Shown: positions 26,642 through 39,021 of the stretch, piece after piece
Position numbering within the stretch: position 1 is the stretch's first letter
How the letters are laid out: every line of letters begins with the position of its first letter
DNA from: Kudoa neothunni
Taxonomy: Eukaryota > Animalia > Cnidaria
Direction of reading: 5' to 3'
NCBI GenBank assembly: GCA_964304625.1
Contig: OZ199838.1
Location: forward strand, 5,654,178-5,718,177
Length of the DNA: 64,000 bases
The notes under the pieces: generated by a model
Database searches by the model: none
What the model saw: only the letters and a program-made list of their open reading frames with translations
Told to the model about the DNA's origin: nothing
Translations under genes and position numbers: made by a program

Positions 26642-27781
26642 CAGTAGCGGTTCGTAGTTTAAATAAGTGGAGGTGCTGCAATGTATTAGAAAATGTTTAT
26701 AACTGTTGTTCAAAATTGAATAAATTTCTGGTGAATAAACAATCATTTACTTTAAACCAATTAGAATTTTAAGAATAGTACTAAAACGGGGATATATACC
26801 TACGAGCTATCGATTAAAACACAACCTAAGTCAGTCGGCACTGTGAATCGCACAGTGCCTCCATCCCGCAGATCGTACATAAGTGGCTCTATGATTTACA
26901 CATGAGCATATCGATAAATGCCCTTTCGGCGGAACTGTGCAGCGCAACAGTTACGTCCAAGTATTTTTGTGTTTTTTCAAGAAGGAGGGAATGTTTATTA
27001 ACATTAAACGTGATAATCATGAAATTTAAATGTTTACAAAAATAATTAAATAGAAAGAACTCGTTATTTTTAATTATATCAATACAGTAGCAATAATGAT
27101 CTAGCTTTGCGCATCGATATTTTGTGAATTATTAGCACACTTTAAATGTGGAATATACTCGAAATGAGTAAAATGAGTATAGAATTCTCAAATCCAGGGT
27201 ATAAATGTATTTACCTAGTAAAGAAATCATAATCATCTTTTTCTGTTCTAAAAAGGAGTATACACTAATTAAACTGAAGTATATACGGTTTATTTTTATA
27301 AGTTTACAGGTTTTCGTAAAATAATTATTCATAATCCGTCCTCGAGCATAAAGAAAATATCGTACAATATTTTTAAAAAGTATAGCAATTATGAAGGGTA
27401 ATATTTAAAAATATAAAGGCTTTTCTCTCGTTAGAGCGTAGGAAAATTTCAATACTTTTATGAATCATAAAAGTTAAAATTCCTAATGATTCAAAGATTT
27501 ATGATGAGAAACATTTATTGTCTATTTTTTTAAGAATCAATTACTGTAATCCTATAAGACTTATTATAATAGATGAAAATCGATTTTTACAATTCGAATG
27601 ATAAAAAATAATTTTACATTGACGAATATTGCAAAGTTATTTTAAAAACTTCAATCTATAAAGGAAAAATTATTTAGCCTTATGTGCTAGCGGATGCACA
27701 TGTAGGGGAAAAGGATTATATAGACACCGAGATGGCCATGGGATGTTGTAGTTCCACAGTTCCATACACAAGCCGCCACTG
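26642..27781. mobile_element. hAT-type non-autonomous element
   Basis: TIR CAGTAGCGGTTCGT / ACAAGCCGCCACTG; 8-bp TSD ATATATAT on both sides. Confidence 0.85.
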
Positions 27782-28236
27782 ATATATATTCAACAGTTGG
27801 TGAACATCAAACATTTAAAAATAAAATATTCAAATATCCATACAATATTAGGAAAATTAGGTTCAGGAGTCATTTCATCAATTATTTACTCCGAATTTTG
27901 ACAATCTCTGGCATGGAAACTTCGGGTCAGTACGAAATTCTGATAACCATCAAAAAAATTTATTACCTATTTTATAAATTTAATATGGAATAATCATAAA
28001 AAGAATTGATAATAATCGCAAAGAGCTCAGATTTTCGTTAAAAACCACCAGTCCATAAACATCGAGACGGCCAGCCGAATTAGTTTACGTTGAGGATTTA
28101 TGCTTAGGTAACTGTTAAAATTGTTAATACTGCAGTTAAAAATTTATTTTGTTGGAATATATATATATTAATAGACGCTTCATTTTAAACACACTTTTAA
28201 ATATACAAAAAAATTTTTGAAATTTTATTATAAATT

Positions 28237-28373
28237 TATAAAAATCTTACTGTGTTCGTTTTGATAATTTGCAATTTTTATAAAAATCTTACTGTGTTCG
28301 TTTTGATAATTTGCAATTTTTATAAAAATCTTACTGTGTTCGTTTTGATAATTTGCAATTTTTATAAAAATCT
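28237..28373. repeat. Perfect 42-bp tandem repeat, ~3.3 copies
   Basis: TATAAAAATCTTACTGTGTTCGTTTTGATAATTTGCAATTTT at 28237, 28279, 28321 and partial at 28363. Confidence 0.95.
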
Positions 28374-29378
28374 AGCTTAGGACCTTGAAAAGTGCCTAGA
28401 TGGACTGTGTAAATTACCAATATTTTCCGATGTTCCTATCGAGAAAATATTCCTTAAAGTTTTTTACATAAAGGAATTATACGAAAAGTAATTTGGTAGA
28501 ATAATGGAAGAGTATGAAAGTATAGCTGGAAGATATCTGAATTTGGAAGATGTAGATCCAGGTGAGTTTATAGTTCAAAGACAAACAATAAATAACTTTT
28601 TGCCTCATTAACATTAATATTCAGAGAAGACTTTTTACTTTTTGGATTTGATACGGCAACCCTCGAAAAATTTCCAGAGATACCCATGGACAGTGTTAAA
28701 TAAAGACTAATAAGCTTTCCGTCCTGGCCAACAGATTTATATGTGTATATCCTCAAGAAATCAATTTTTTGATTTTTAGTCATCTTATTCATGTATGTGT
28801 CATTTGATTATTTTTATGGGAATTCATTAACAATCCAATTAAAACAAAGGATTCAGTAACTAAGAGAAATATCCAAAATCCTTGTATTCAAACGTCAGCA
28901 TAGAGTTGTTTACCCCAAGCAACGCTACCAACAACTGTGTCAACGATTTTTGTGTCTCTTTTAGGGTCACATTTAGTGGCTAGTTTAATGAAGAGAGGTG
29001 TGTACAGTTAATCAAACAAGTGATGATTAAACCAAAGCTCGATTTTGATCCATATGAAAAAGGAAATTTTGCGAATTTGGATCTTCCGATGCCAATAGAC
29101 TCTACTAAAGTTTTAGCGGTAACTTTTATGTAAAGTTCGACATTTAAACACAATGTTAACTTTATGACTAAATTGATACATTATTGGTTGAGCAAAATGA
29201 TCTAAAAGGAAATATGCAACTAAACTTGAAAGATATTCAAACAAAATTATGCAATACATGACAACCAGTTTTAGTATTATTAATAAAACTTATAATTAGA
29301 GGCGGTAATTTTCTATTAAAATTGATAGACGTCGAGATTTTAAAAATATTTCTACATTTTCCTGTTAACCTTCGTTAA

Positions 29379-29410
29379 TCTTCCAAGCATGTCAAAAACT
29401 GCTTGGAGGG
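29379..29410. mobile_element. 32-bp TTAA-flanked inverted repeat (minimal piggyBac-like derivative)
   Basis: TTAA-TCTTCCAAGCA-tgtcaaaaac-TGCTTGGAGGG-TTAA. Confidence 0.5.
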
Positions 29411-30225
29411 TTAAAATCGAAATAATTCGTCGACTATTTTTCATTTTATTATGGCGGAATGAAGCCAAATTGACAATTATATAACCGAATAAACATATTT
29501 AAATGAGGAAATTGACCCCCAAAATATACCAAAATTGGTTAACGTCCGTCCATCAACGAGAAATTCCACAGCAGGAGTTGTTGAAATTTCCACTCAATAA
29601 AAATGTTACAATGATAGGTCCTGTATTTTAGAGAATAAAAAAATCAAAGTATTCTATATTATCTAGGGTATACAAAGATTTGGTGCATATACCGCTATCA
29701 CTTACAGCCGCGGAAAGATGTTTCTCAAAATTATAGCATTTTCTCAAAAGTTATAAAGTGAATCTGTCATTCGAACTAATGAGGGTACTTTAAATATTAT
29801 ATTCTAAAAGAAAATTTTACAAAAAATAAATATTTATTTTAGTTCATCGGCCTTGAGCTTGGTAATAAAGGGTTACGTTGCGCGTGCGCTAGTTTGAAAA
29901 TAGACATTGAAAATTCCCGCTACTACTTATAACACTGGTTATTTCATTTTTGTAGGATAGAGGTGGATAAATTTTATTATCTTCAAATAATATATTTGAG
30001 ACATATTCTGAAACATGTATTGGGATTCCCTGATTAAGGAAAGATTTCTGAATACGAGTGCAATGATTATTACTTAGAATTAGTTCAAATTATTTCATGG
30101 TTCTCATCCCGACCTAAGAGTAGGTTTTTATGTGGAAAAAAGTTTTTACTGCCCGCAATATCGCGACACATTCTGTTTTGTAATAATTTCAAATTAACTA
30201 ACAATTTTCTATATTTTAATATCAG

Positions 30226-30515
30226 AAGAAACCACTTTAATTGAGGTAACATGTCCAACCGAAAAAACAGCTATTATTGAGGAAACAACCATAACTGAGA
30301 AGACAACTACGATTGCAGAAACAACTATTACTGTGGAGACAACTACTATCGATGAAACTACAACTGAAGGAATAACTACTCCGAAAATAATAGGCTCGTC
30401 CGCTATTGAGAACGCAGGGATTGGAATAGGCATGATGATCGTAGTTATTACATTAATATGCGTTATTATTCGGAATTGCTTCAAGACTAAAAAATACCTC
30501 CTAAAAGATTTTTAA
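30226..30515 (+). CDS. Terminal exon of a mucin-like single-pass membrane protein (upstream exons ~28.4-30.1 kb look degenerate)
   Basis: Acceptor ..aatatcAG, then EETTLIEVTCPTEKTAIIEETTITEKTTTIAETTITVETTTIDETTTEGITT (Thr/Glu repeats), hydrophobic AGIGIGMMIVVITLICVII and a basic tail RNCFKTKK..F*. Confidence 0.6.
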
Positions 30516-31876
30516 CCCTCTAACGATCATAAAAACGACTTATCTCCAACGATCATTTGGGGTCGAATCGACCCCACATTTTTATTTTTCTTGATCAAAA
30601 AATATTTTGTTACTCTTTATAAAGTATATATGATATTTATCGATAGAGTTTCGAGTAAATTAAAGTTTATTAACCCATTAATCTTCGGTAATCCCTTAAT
30701 ATATGGATTCCGATAACTTCGCTAAATATCGTTAATTATATACCGAGGTAATGGCGATTACGTCGTGAAATGAGATTCATCTATATAAACTAATTTAATG
30801 ATGCTAGTTATTACAATTTAACGAAATTTTACTGAAATTAAAACAAGCATAAAAGGTAGCTTTGTGACTTTGTGCACTTAAAAAGATAACGCATTCCAAC
30901 GTTCATCCACAATATAAGACTACCTACGGAATATATTATTGCTCTTGGTTTAATTTTCTTCAATTTTAAAACACTTAATGCAACATCTAGCTAAGGGGTT
31001 CCCAACTTTGATCTAAAGTGGTGCGAGATTCGATCAAAATTGAAAATAATTTTTGATAACTTTTGAGTCAGTTACACCTTATCGTATGCAAAAAGGGTGT
31101 GAGTCCAGTTTTAGTTGAGAAGCGCTGGTCTAGCTTAATGGTCATTGCAAAATTGGCAATTGCACAATCCACAAATAACGACAATCAAGCATTGATTTTA
31201 CTCTCAACGTCGTATAAATTGTTGAGCGCGGCGGAGAGTTCAAAAAAATATTTTCTGCGCTTTTTGTTGATGTAGATCTTTTTGTAAGATTCTAAACTAA
31301 CTCATATTTGCTAATAAATGAATTATCGTATATACCCAGATCGTCGTCATCAGTTTCTTGAGAGATCCTCAGTCATAACATCCTCATATTCACTACCAGA
31401 AGACTCATCGTTATGGAATAAAAAATTAAATTTAGAGTCTATAGATATTCTCCTGATACCAAATTACTATTAAAGAAAAAAATATTTTATATTACCTAGA
31501 GTGATCGATCGCCGAAATTGTGCACAAGCAATGTTCGATTAGGTTGCGTAAGATTAGTTTCAGGATTAATTTTGATTTTCCTCAGAATTCTGTCGGTAAA
31601 TTTTTTTAATATTTCGCGTAACAAATTTAATTAAATTTATGTACAAAATGATGAAATAAAAAGATGGGGTCGAATCGACCCCAAATGATCGTTGGAGGAT
31701 ATCCTTCAAATTTTGGCTGCATACAAAATCTAAATTATCCAATCTTCCTCAGTTACATAGAAGAATATATTTATAAGGAATAACTTGAATTCAAGAACAT
31801 TGGAACTATGGGCGGAAAATTTATACGTTATTCAACTTTATTTTGAGGTCGATTGGACCCCAGTATTGTTAGAGGG
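30516..31876. mobile_element. Non-autonomous piggyBac-type element (MITE), copy 2, inverted relative to 2215-3415
   Basis: TTAA-CCCTCTAACGAT ... TTGTTAGAGGG-TTGA. Colinear reverse-complement homology to 2215-3415 along its length. Confidence 0.92.
30993..31127. mobile_element. 135-bp hAT-Charlie-type MITE nested in the piggyBac MITE
   Basis: TIRs AAGGGGTTCCCAAC / GTTGAGAAGCGCTG; 8-bp TSD ATCTAGCT / GTCTAGCT; absent from copy 1. Confidence 0.85.
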
Positions 31877-34144
31877 TTGATAAATTCTTTTATCTGATAC
31901 TATACTTTACCTAACATAAATTGTCCGAAAACAATCTTATAAAACTTCCAACTACGCTACAAAAAATTTTGTATCAACAAATATCAAAGAAAACGTTGAA
32001 TTTCATTAAATATGGTTGGTTCATGTATAACTTTTCTTTTTTCGTCGGTATTTTAGAAAAATTGGTATATTATGAACATTATTGCTGGCATAATCAGAGA
32101 ATTAATGATTAATTATTGTGAGATATATAGGTGGGAGTAAGGAATAATAGTTCAGTATTTCACGATTAATTTTGCAAATTAGACTGAGGGCGGATTCGAG
32201 AATGTTGAAAACCAAGGATAATAAATTAAAGTAAGACATCGATATGATGTAGCTCTATATTGTGAAATTTGATGATTTCCGTATTTATTCGAGTACAACG
32301 CACAAAAGTTTCCAACCAAAACTGTCAAAATTTGGGTGCGCGTTATAAAATGAGGTTTGCGGTGACACTCTTAGAAGCATCAGTTTATTATATATATGAC
32401 TTCTTAGTCAAATATATAGCTGATAACGATTGAAAAACATTGACTGCAGCTATGTCTCCAGATACTCTAAACGTTAGTGGTCTATTTTTGATGACAGTGG
32501 TAAAATTCACATATATTGGCGTGGACTGATTGAGATAAATGATTAGAAATGACGATACCTCGGAAAATGAATTCCCAAAACCTATATTTTATTTATTATG
32601 AAATTTTACGTTTCAGTTCATCTTTAACAAATCCAGATTTTTATAATTTTTTAGAAATTTTGAAAACTTTATATTGTTGATATACTCGATCACTTTGATA
32701 TCAACAACAGATACGTATCTCCCATTGGAATCTAACACATAAATTGTTCATTTGTTAATAAATAAAATAGTTTTACCAATTATGTATTTTTTATCATTAA
32801 ATATTTTGTTTTTAGAAAATTTAATGTCCAGCAGTTTAAATAAATAAGCCTTGGATTAATCAAATAACAACGGTTACCTTCAAGGGAAGAAAACAAATCT
32901 ACAAGTAATTTGTAATATTTATATATGGCCGAATGTTACTTTTTTCATTATAACACCAATCGTCGTTCAAGATCTATTTCACGTTCACCTAATCGATTTC
33001 ATGGTCAGCAGAATTTAATTGAACTCCAATCTAAAACATCTTGAATCAGAAACTAGATTGTCGTATCTCTGGATGTGCAGTTCGAATCATTATTTTTATT
33101 AAATGGAAATCTGTATGTTTCTTCTTCATGGCTGCAATTTCTATTTTCTTAATAGCTTAAAATACAACAAAACGATTTTATAGCTCCGAAAAAGATCATT
33201 TTTGATACCATAGGGTCAATATGTTCATCAGAATTTTAACATTTAAAAATTGTAAGAGAACTAAATTGATTAAATGTAAGCTGGATCATAAAACTTTATA
33301 ACAAAATATAATATAGTTTTCGATAAATGCATTGACTGAGATATAGCCACTGTCGTGAGGGGAATAATAGTTACCCGAAATATGGTCACTTCCTCAATAT
33401 TTTTCATTATCTCATGCGTAACAGACATAATTCGTTTAAACACCATATACACAATAAGATGAACTGAGCATTGTACTTTTTAAACAATCACCAACATGTA
33501 GAATTATAAAGATTCAACTCAGTGTTCCTTACATTTTTAATTTTTTATCAGATAGATGACATTTAGGGATTTAAAAATTAGAGTATGGAAATCAATTTTT
33601 ACTGGAAAATTTCCCAAATTACTTAAATTTTTGAGTTTGAAGCGATCATATGAAATTTGTAGAGGGTGAATTAAAACGCTGTACATTTACATCCATTATA
33701 TACAAATTAGGGTGAATTTCTTAGCTTTACTAAATATCGATAATATTCAGCATTAAAAAATCACCTAAAACCATTAAAAAACAAACTAATTATTTAAATT
33801 AACCCATTGAAATAATACGATAATTTTTGGGTCGTACGTGACGATTTTGATTATGCACGGCTCTTAAGTCACTGTATTGAGTAATATTGTTAGGTTCTTG
33901 CGAGAAAGAATCAATAGATGATATTTTTGGTTTATAGTTATGCAATTTTTAATTTCACTTATTGAAATAAATGATAAAACTCAAAGATTACTCGGTATTA
34001 AACCAGCTTGATGTGCAGGCGTATTTGTCCTTTTTGGAAGGTTGAGAGTGACTAAATAAACAATAATGTAACAAAAAAATACATTGAAAAAATCTAAATC
34101 TTTTTTTTTGTTATTGATACGTTAACGGAGCAGAAAAAGAGTCA

Positions 34145-35577
34145 TTAATTAGAACTTCCTCCTCCAAAAAGTGCAAGAATGTAAAGGAAGAGTGTGAGCA
34201 AATCGGTGTATATGTTGATAGCAGCCATGACGTAAGCATCAATCGGATATTCGTATTTTTTTCCTCCCACCATCAGTTGAACATCATAAACGATATACTA
34301 GTAATAAATTAATAAAAACGAAAATTATGCGGGTAATAATTTTAATTATTTAATATGAAATATAGTAAACTTAAGTTTTGTACAGACGCAACGCAGAAGA
34401 TAATTGGTAAATACCACGGAACAAACTAAGGCACCAATTGCGGAATATAACACTTTGAGAGCTCGACTTCGTAAGAATATAGCCATAATACCAAAAATAA
34501 TTAATCCCAGAGTAATAACTGTAATATATGGACCCCATCCTGTAAAATCATACTAGATTTCTGTTGAAATGAGCAAAACAATCAAATAATGTCACTTTGA
34601 CTTGAGTTGCGAATATTATTAGGATAATAAAAATTCCCTTAAAACAAGTAAGAATGGATAGAAAAATAAATATTGTAACAAATAAGTACAAATGTGGCAA
34701 AAAATGCGTAGAGTACGATATCAGAGCGAAAGAAACTAACATTCACATTTAAAAATAGCGGGAATATAATAACATACCCTGTAACAAACCCAACCATTCC
34801 AGAAAATATTAACGTCTTAAAAAAATCAATTAAAATATTGACAAAAATATTGTTGTTACATATATAATTAACATGAATATATTTATAGGATAACTCATGC
34901 TTGTGAATATTATTAAGACAATCAATATGATATAAATCTACCTTAAAGATGGAATACAAGCCAATAAGAATGTAAAAAATAAATAAAGCCCTCTATCATC
35001 ACTATTTTATTTAAAATTAAACAAAAAGTATTCTTACAGGAAGGTGTAGAGAACCCAAGTATTGTTTATCACAAATTCTGATATGGGGTCGCTAAATGCG
35101 TTAATAGTTAGCCGAGAAGAATTCAATTCAATCTACTATAAAACAAACAAGCAAATAACACCACCAGTGACTAAAACTTGCATTGATATGATGCCCAAAA
35201 CCTACAAAAATCAATTAACTTTCACTACACAAATGGTTATATGTTTGAGATTGATCTTCGAAATAGAATGTAAAAAATTATTTGAAACCAAATATTTAAA
35301 CAGTCGGGAGTTTACCTTTCTAATAAACCCTATAAATTTGAATAAGTAATTAATGAATAAAAATCATTTATTGACCATGACGTATCCTTCTGTCACAATC
35401 TTTGTTTATTAAATTTTCGGTTCTATCTTCTGCAGAATTGTTATTAGGATAACAAGGAGGTTCAGGTGGTGAAATGTCTCCAGGATGCACCTCATATTTA
35501 GGGTTATTTTCTTCAGGGGGGAAGTTCAAAACACTCGGGGGTTCTACTTCTCTAGGGTATTCCTCAGGTGACTCCAT
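34145..35577 (-). CDS. Lifeguard/TMBIM-family membrane protein, paralog 1 (11 exons, intact)
   Basis: Pro/Glu-rich N-terminus, IRH|GFIRK|VLGIISMQ, YPINIFML, YDFTGWGPY, YIVYDVQLMVGGKKYEYPIDAYVMAAINIYTDLLTLFLYIL. All 10 introns are GT-AG and phase-compatible. Confidence 0.92.
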
Positions 35578-37129
35578 TTTAAACAACTCACCCAACAATA
35601 TACGATTATACTGCAATCAGGCAGCGGATAAGAGTAATATTATAATAATAAAGATAATATGATAAACCTTGATAAGATTAATTTATAAAGTAGTGACAAT
35701 GCTATTATACATAACTCGTTTACATTTTTCTTGGGGTTAATAAGGTTTAAAATCAACATTAAATCGTAGATAATATTTTTACTTTCAACGACATTGATTG
35801 AAACTTTCTTAATCGAAAGCACAACTTATTTTTTCCTATTACTATCCCCTACCACAACAGTCGTTCACTGGATAACAAACATGGGTTCAAAAAGTCATTT
35901 ATTAGTAAAATATTTATTTTTTCAAAATTTAAGTTAAGTACTTCAAAAAATCGATAAAAATTTAAATGGAAGATAATTTATATAATATAAACTATAAATA
36001 AATAGATTATCGGTGTTTCATATCTGATTGGAGATCGTATCAATTTTAACATAATCTTATACACTAAGAATTATTCATCATTGTTTGGTAAGAATACAAA
36101 TTTTTTTGAATAGATTCTTATTCTCTGGGATAAATCTGTAGAAGGTCATACATTTTGATCCATTTATCACTAAAATCTATAAATTTTGTAATTGTTAGAG
36201 TTGCTCCATCCCGTCCTAATTTTTTTGCAAATTTAGTCGGAGTGATATGATAAAAAGGTCAATGATCCATTTGTAATATTTATATCTACGGAAACAGTAT
36301 TGTCCCAATTTTTTTTTATACGTAAAAATATTAAGAAAGATTTATGTTATTTTATATTTAGTGTTAGATATAATTAAAAAATATTCTAAGACAACAAATA
36401 TTTTTCCATATTTAATAATTATTAAATAATTCAATTGAACTAAAATTTATAGTGTATATAATTTATTATTCGCTTTATCCTTATTTTTGCCTGAATAATT
36501 AAGACCGAAACAATTTTTTTACGAAAAACTATTAAAGTTTCACGTTTGGTTTGAACTTTTAATTTTTGCAAGAATCTACACCAATTTTAGAACAAATGTA
36601 GATAAAACAATACCAAATGCCTCAATGAATTTATGGATGAATTATTTGATTTGGAACGGTTTTTGTTTTCGGTATAAACTCATTTATAATTGATTGAGTA
36701 TCGAATTCCTTATCATTCAACGTTAAAAGTTAACCTTCGAAGGACGGTACTTTCAAGACTTACGTCGGGGCAGACGGGAGTCTAACTTAATTCTGGATAT
36801 TTTAGATTATTTTTTTAGAAATTCTTAATTAAAATTTTCCCATGTAATTTAGAAGTAGCGAAAAATTACAGAAAACATTTAAATAATAATAATGAAATAT
36901 AACTCAGTCAATGATATGGGATAAATTAGTTGAATTAATACAACATATACGATAGATAAATAAAATGGCCAATTCATCAATATCAAGTTTTTGCAATATT
37001 CTAATGCACCCATTCTCTATACGCAGATTCTACAATGTTTGAAAGAGTTTAAGAGATGAAAATAAAAACAATAAATCAGTAATCATTGGAAGATGCTATC
37101 TGAAACAGCTCATTAATCTTATTCTAATT

Positions 37130-38328
37130 CAAGGGTCGGCATTCGATATGACCGGAAGAGCCGGTTATTGATGGTGGGCAAAAATTTTTCTACTTCGGGA
37201 GCCGCACATTAAAATAGACTCCAAAATCAAAATATTTAACTTTGAAACCATGAATACATACATTTCAGAAAAATCAGAAGAAAATTATCCAATTAGTCTA
37301 TCTGCGCGTTTTTCTATAACTAATTAACCTATTATTTTTCTTGTTAGTATTTAATGTAGAGAGAAATAATAATAAAAAATTATGCACCTAAATTTGTCTG
37401 CTTACTTCAAATAATATAGTAATTTCCTTTTCAAAAATTTCCATTATGAAGAATTAGAAATTTTACCATTGTCCACTATATAACATATATCTACTATGTA
37501 AAACTCACTTTCATGAGCATTATTGTAAACAAAAAGAACATTTCAACCATATAAATTAATGTTTTAAAATTGAAAGGTTTACCTACTTTCTAGTGTACTT
37601 TCTCGAATTTAATTATTTCAACGACATTTTATGGGGGTTTCTTTGTATTAAAACGAAAGAACGTTTAATATTACAAGATAATTCTTTATAATGGATAAAA
37701 TTTAATGAAAATGTATGTATAACTACTTTTTTACGTAAAAAATTTGATTCGACAAAATTTTTAAACTGGGAGAACTATCAACACTTTCATAAGTCTAATT
37801 TAAAGGTTCCAAAAGAGTTGTGCATATAAACAAATAAGATGTGTTTTGAAAAATACCCAAAAAATTTATTTTTAAGTAGTTTCGGTTTAATAATAACCTT
37901 TTTATTAAGGAGAAATTTTTTAATGATAAAAAATAATTTTTGATTTAAAACCATAGATAAAATTGAGAACATTTAGAGTTATTTTGCCCCGTTAATTATT
38001 GCATAAGAATAGGACAATGTTCTATAAGGAATTCTTAATATTTAATTTATAAGTTATTTGTTTTTGCTGAATTTCTCCTTTCTATATTTAAATTTTAAAT
38101 TTCAAATTAAGAAAATTAGTTCAAGTTGGTAAAATTGGAGTATCATACATTCATTTCAATACCCATATATTTCCGTGAAAAAATGATTTATGTGTGATAA
38201 AAATTCAAAATTTGAACGTAATAATGAGTTCAGCGACTAGGAATTATATAATTTCTTAGCGTTTTAACCTTAGATATTGGAGTTTATATTATGCATGTAG
38301 GGTGGGAGCCACAGGTTGCCGACCCCCG
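37130..38328. mobile_element. Decayed hAT-Charlie-like non-autonomous element
   Basis: Termini CAAGGGTCGGCA / GGTTGCCGACCCCCG with GAGCC(G/A)C subterminal motifs. TSD not preserved. Confidence 0.6.
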
Positions 38329-38464
38329 ACCTATCGGATTAACGATATTAGTGTTATTTCATTATTCTGTAATCTAAAAGTCTAAAAAGCCCACCGATAA
38401 ATAGGTAAATAGATAAAAAGTTGAGAAATATTATTTGTTATTCATGCAATCATGTTTAAAATTA

Positions 38465-38860
38465 ATTTTTTCGTTTACAAGTTAAAAACCGGCGCAACTT
38501 ATTAGGTCGTGGAGTTAAGGCTGGTTGGATCACCCCCACATTAACGCTGGAGGCACAGCAGGACGAGTAACATCCATCCTCTCGCCCTAATCTTTCTGTG
38601 GTAACGTGGAAGTTTAACCCATTAAACACCCTCGTCTGTGGGACAATTGCCACCCCAAACCCTATCCACAGGGACTTTGGCTTTACGGAGATTTCAAATC
38701 GGTTAATGCATGTGAAATTACACTCTTACAACAGCTCCCATTATGGGATAGAGACACACCCGTACAAAAACAATCGACCGATCGGTGGCGGGAATCGAAC
38801 CTAATATCTACGGGTAATGAGTCCAGTCATCACACCATTGGACTAGCTGTTCTCGGCTAA
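38465..38860 (-). mobile_element. tRNA-derived SINE
   Basis: Minus-strand Pol III A box TAGTCCAATGG and B box GGTTCGATTCCC around a Met-like GACTCATTACCC loop; GC-richer body; A-rich tail; 10-bp TSD TTTAAAATTA (38455-38464 / 38861-38870). Confidence 0.75.
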
Positions 38861-39021
38861 TTTAAAATTATGAGAATCGACGACCACGCCACTCATTGAC
38901 TTTTTGATGAAATAATCTAATAAATCCTATATTTGACTTATAAAAAAGGAATGTTAGGAAGATCTCAGAGAAGCATTATAGAAAAAAATGTCTAAACAAT
39001 TCACTATTGTGGCTCGATTAA

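Noticed and set aside
28237-28373. CRISPR-like array
   Set aside because: Units are head-to-tail with no spacers, there are no cas genes and the context is eukaryotic
35850-36330. Possible highly decayed piggyBac transposase fragment (PFYHITPTKFAKKLG)
   Set aside because: Only one weak motif resemblance; not enough to call
38780-38860. Functional tRNA-Met gene
   Set aside because: Acceptor and anticodon stems pair poorly, and it is fused to a long body with an A tail and TSD, so it is a SINE head
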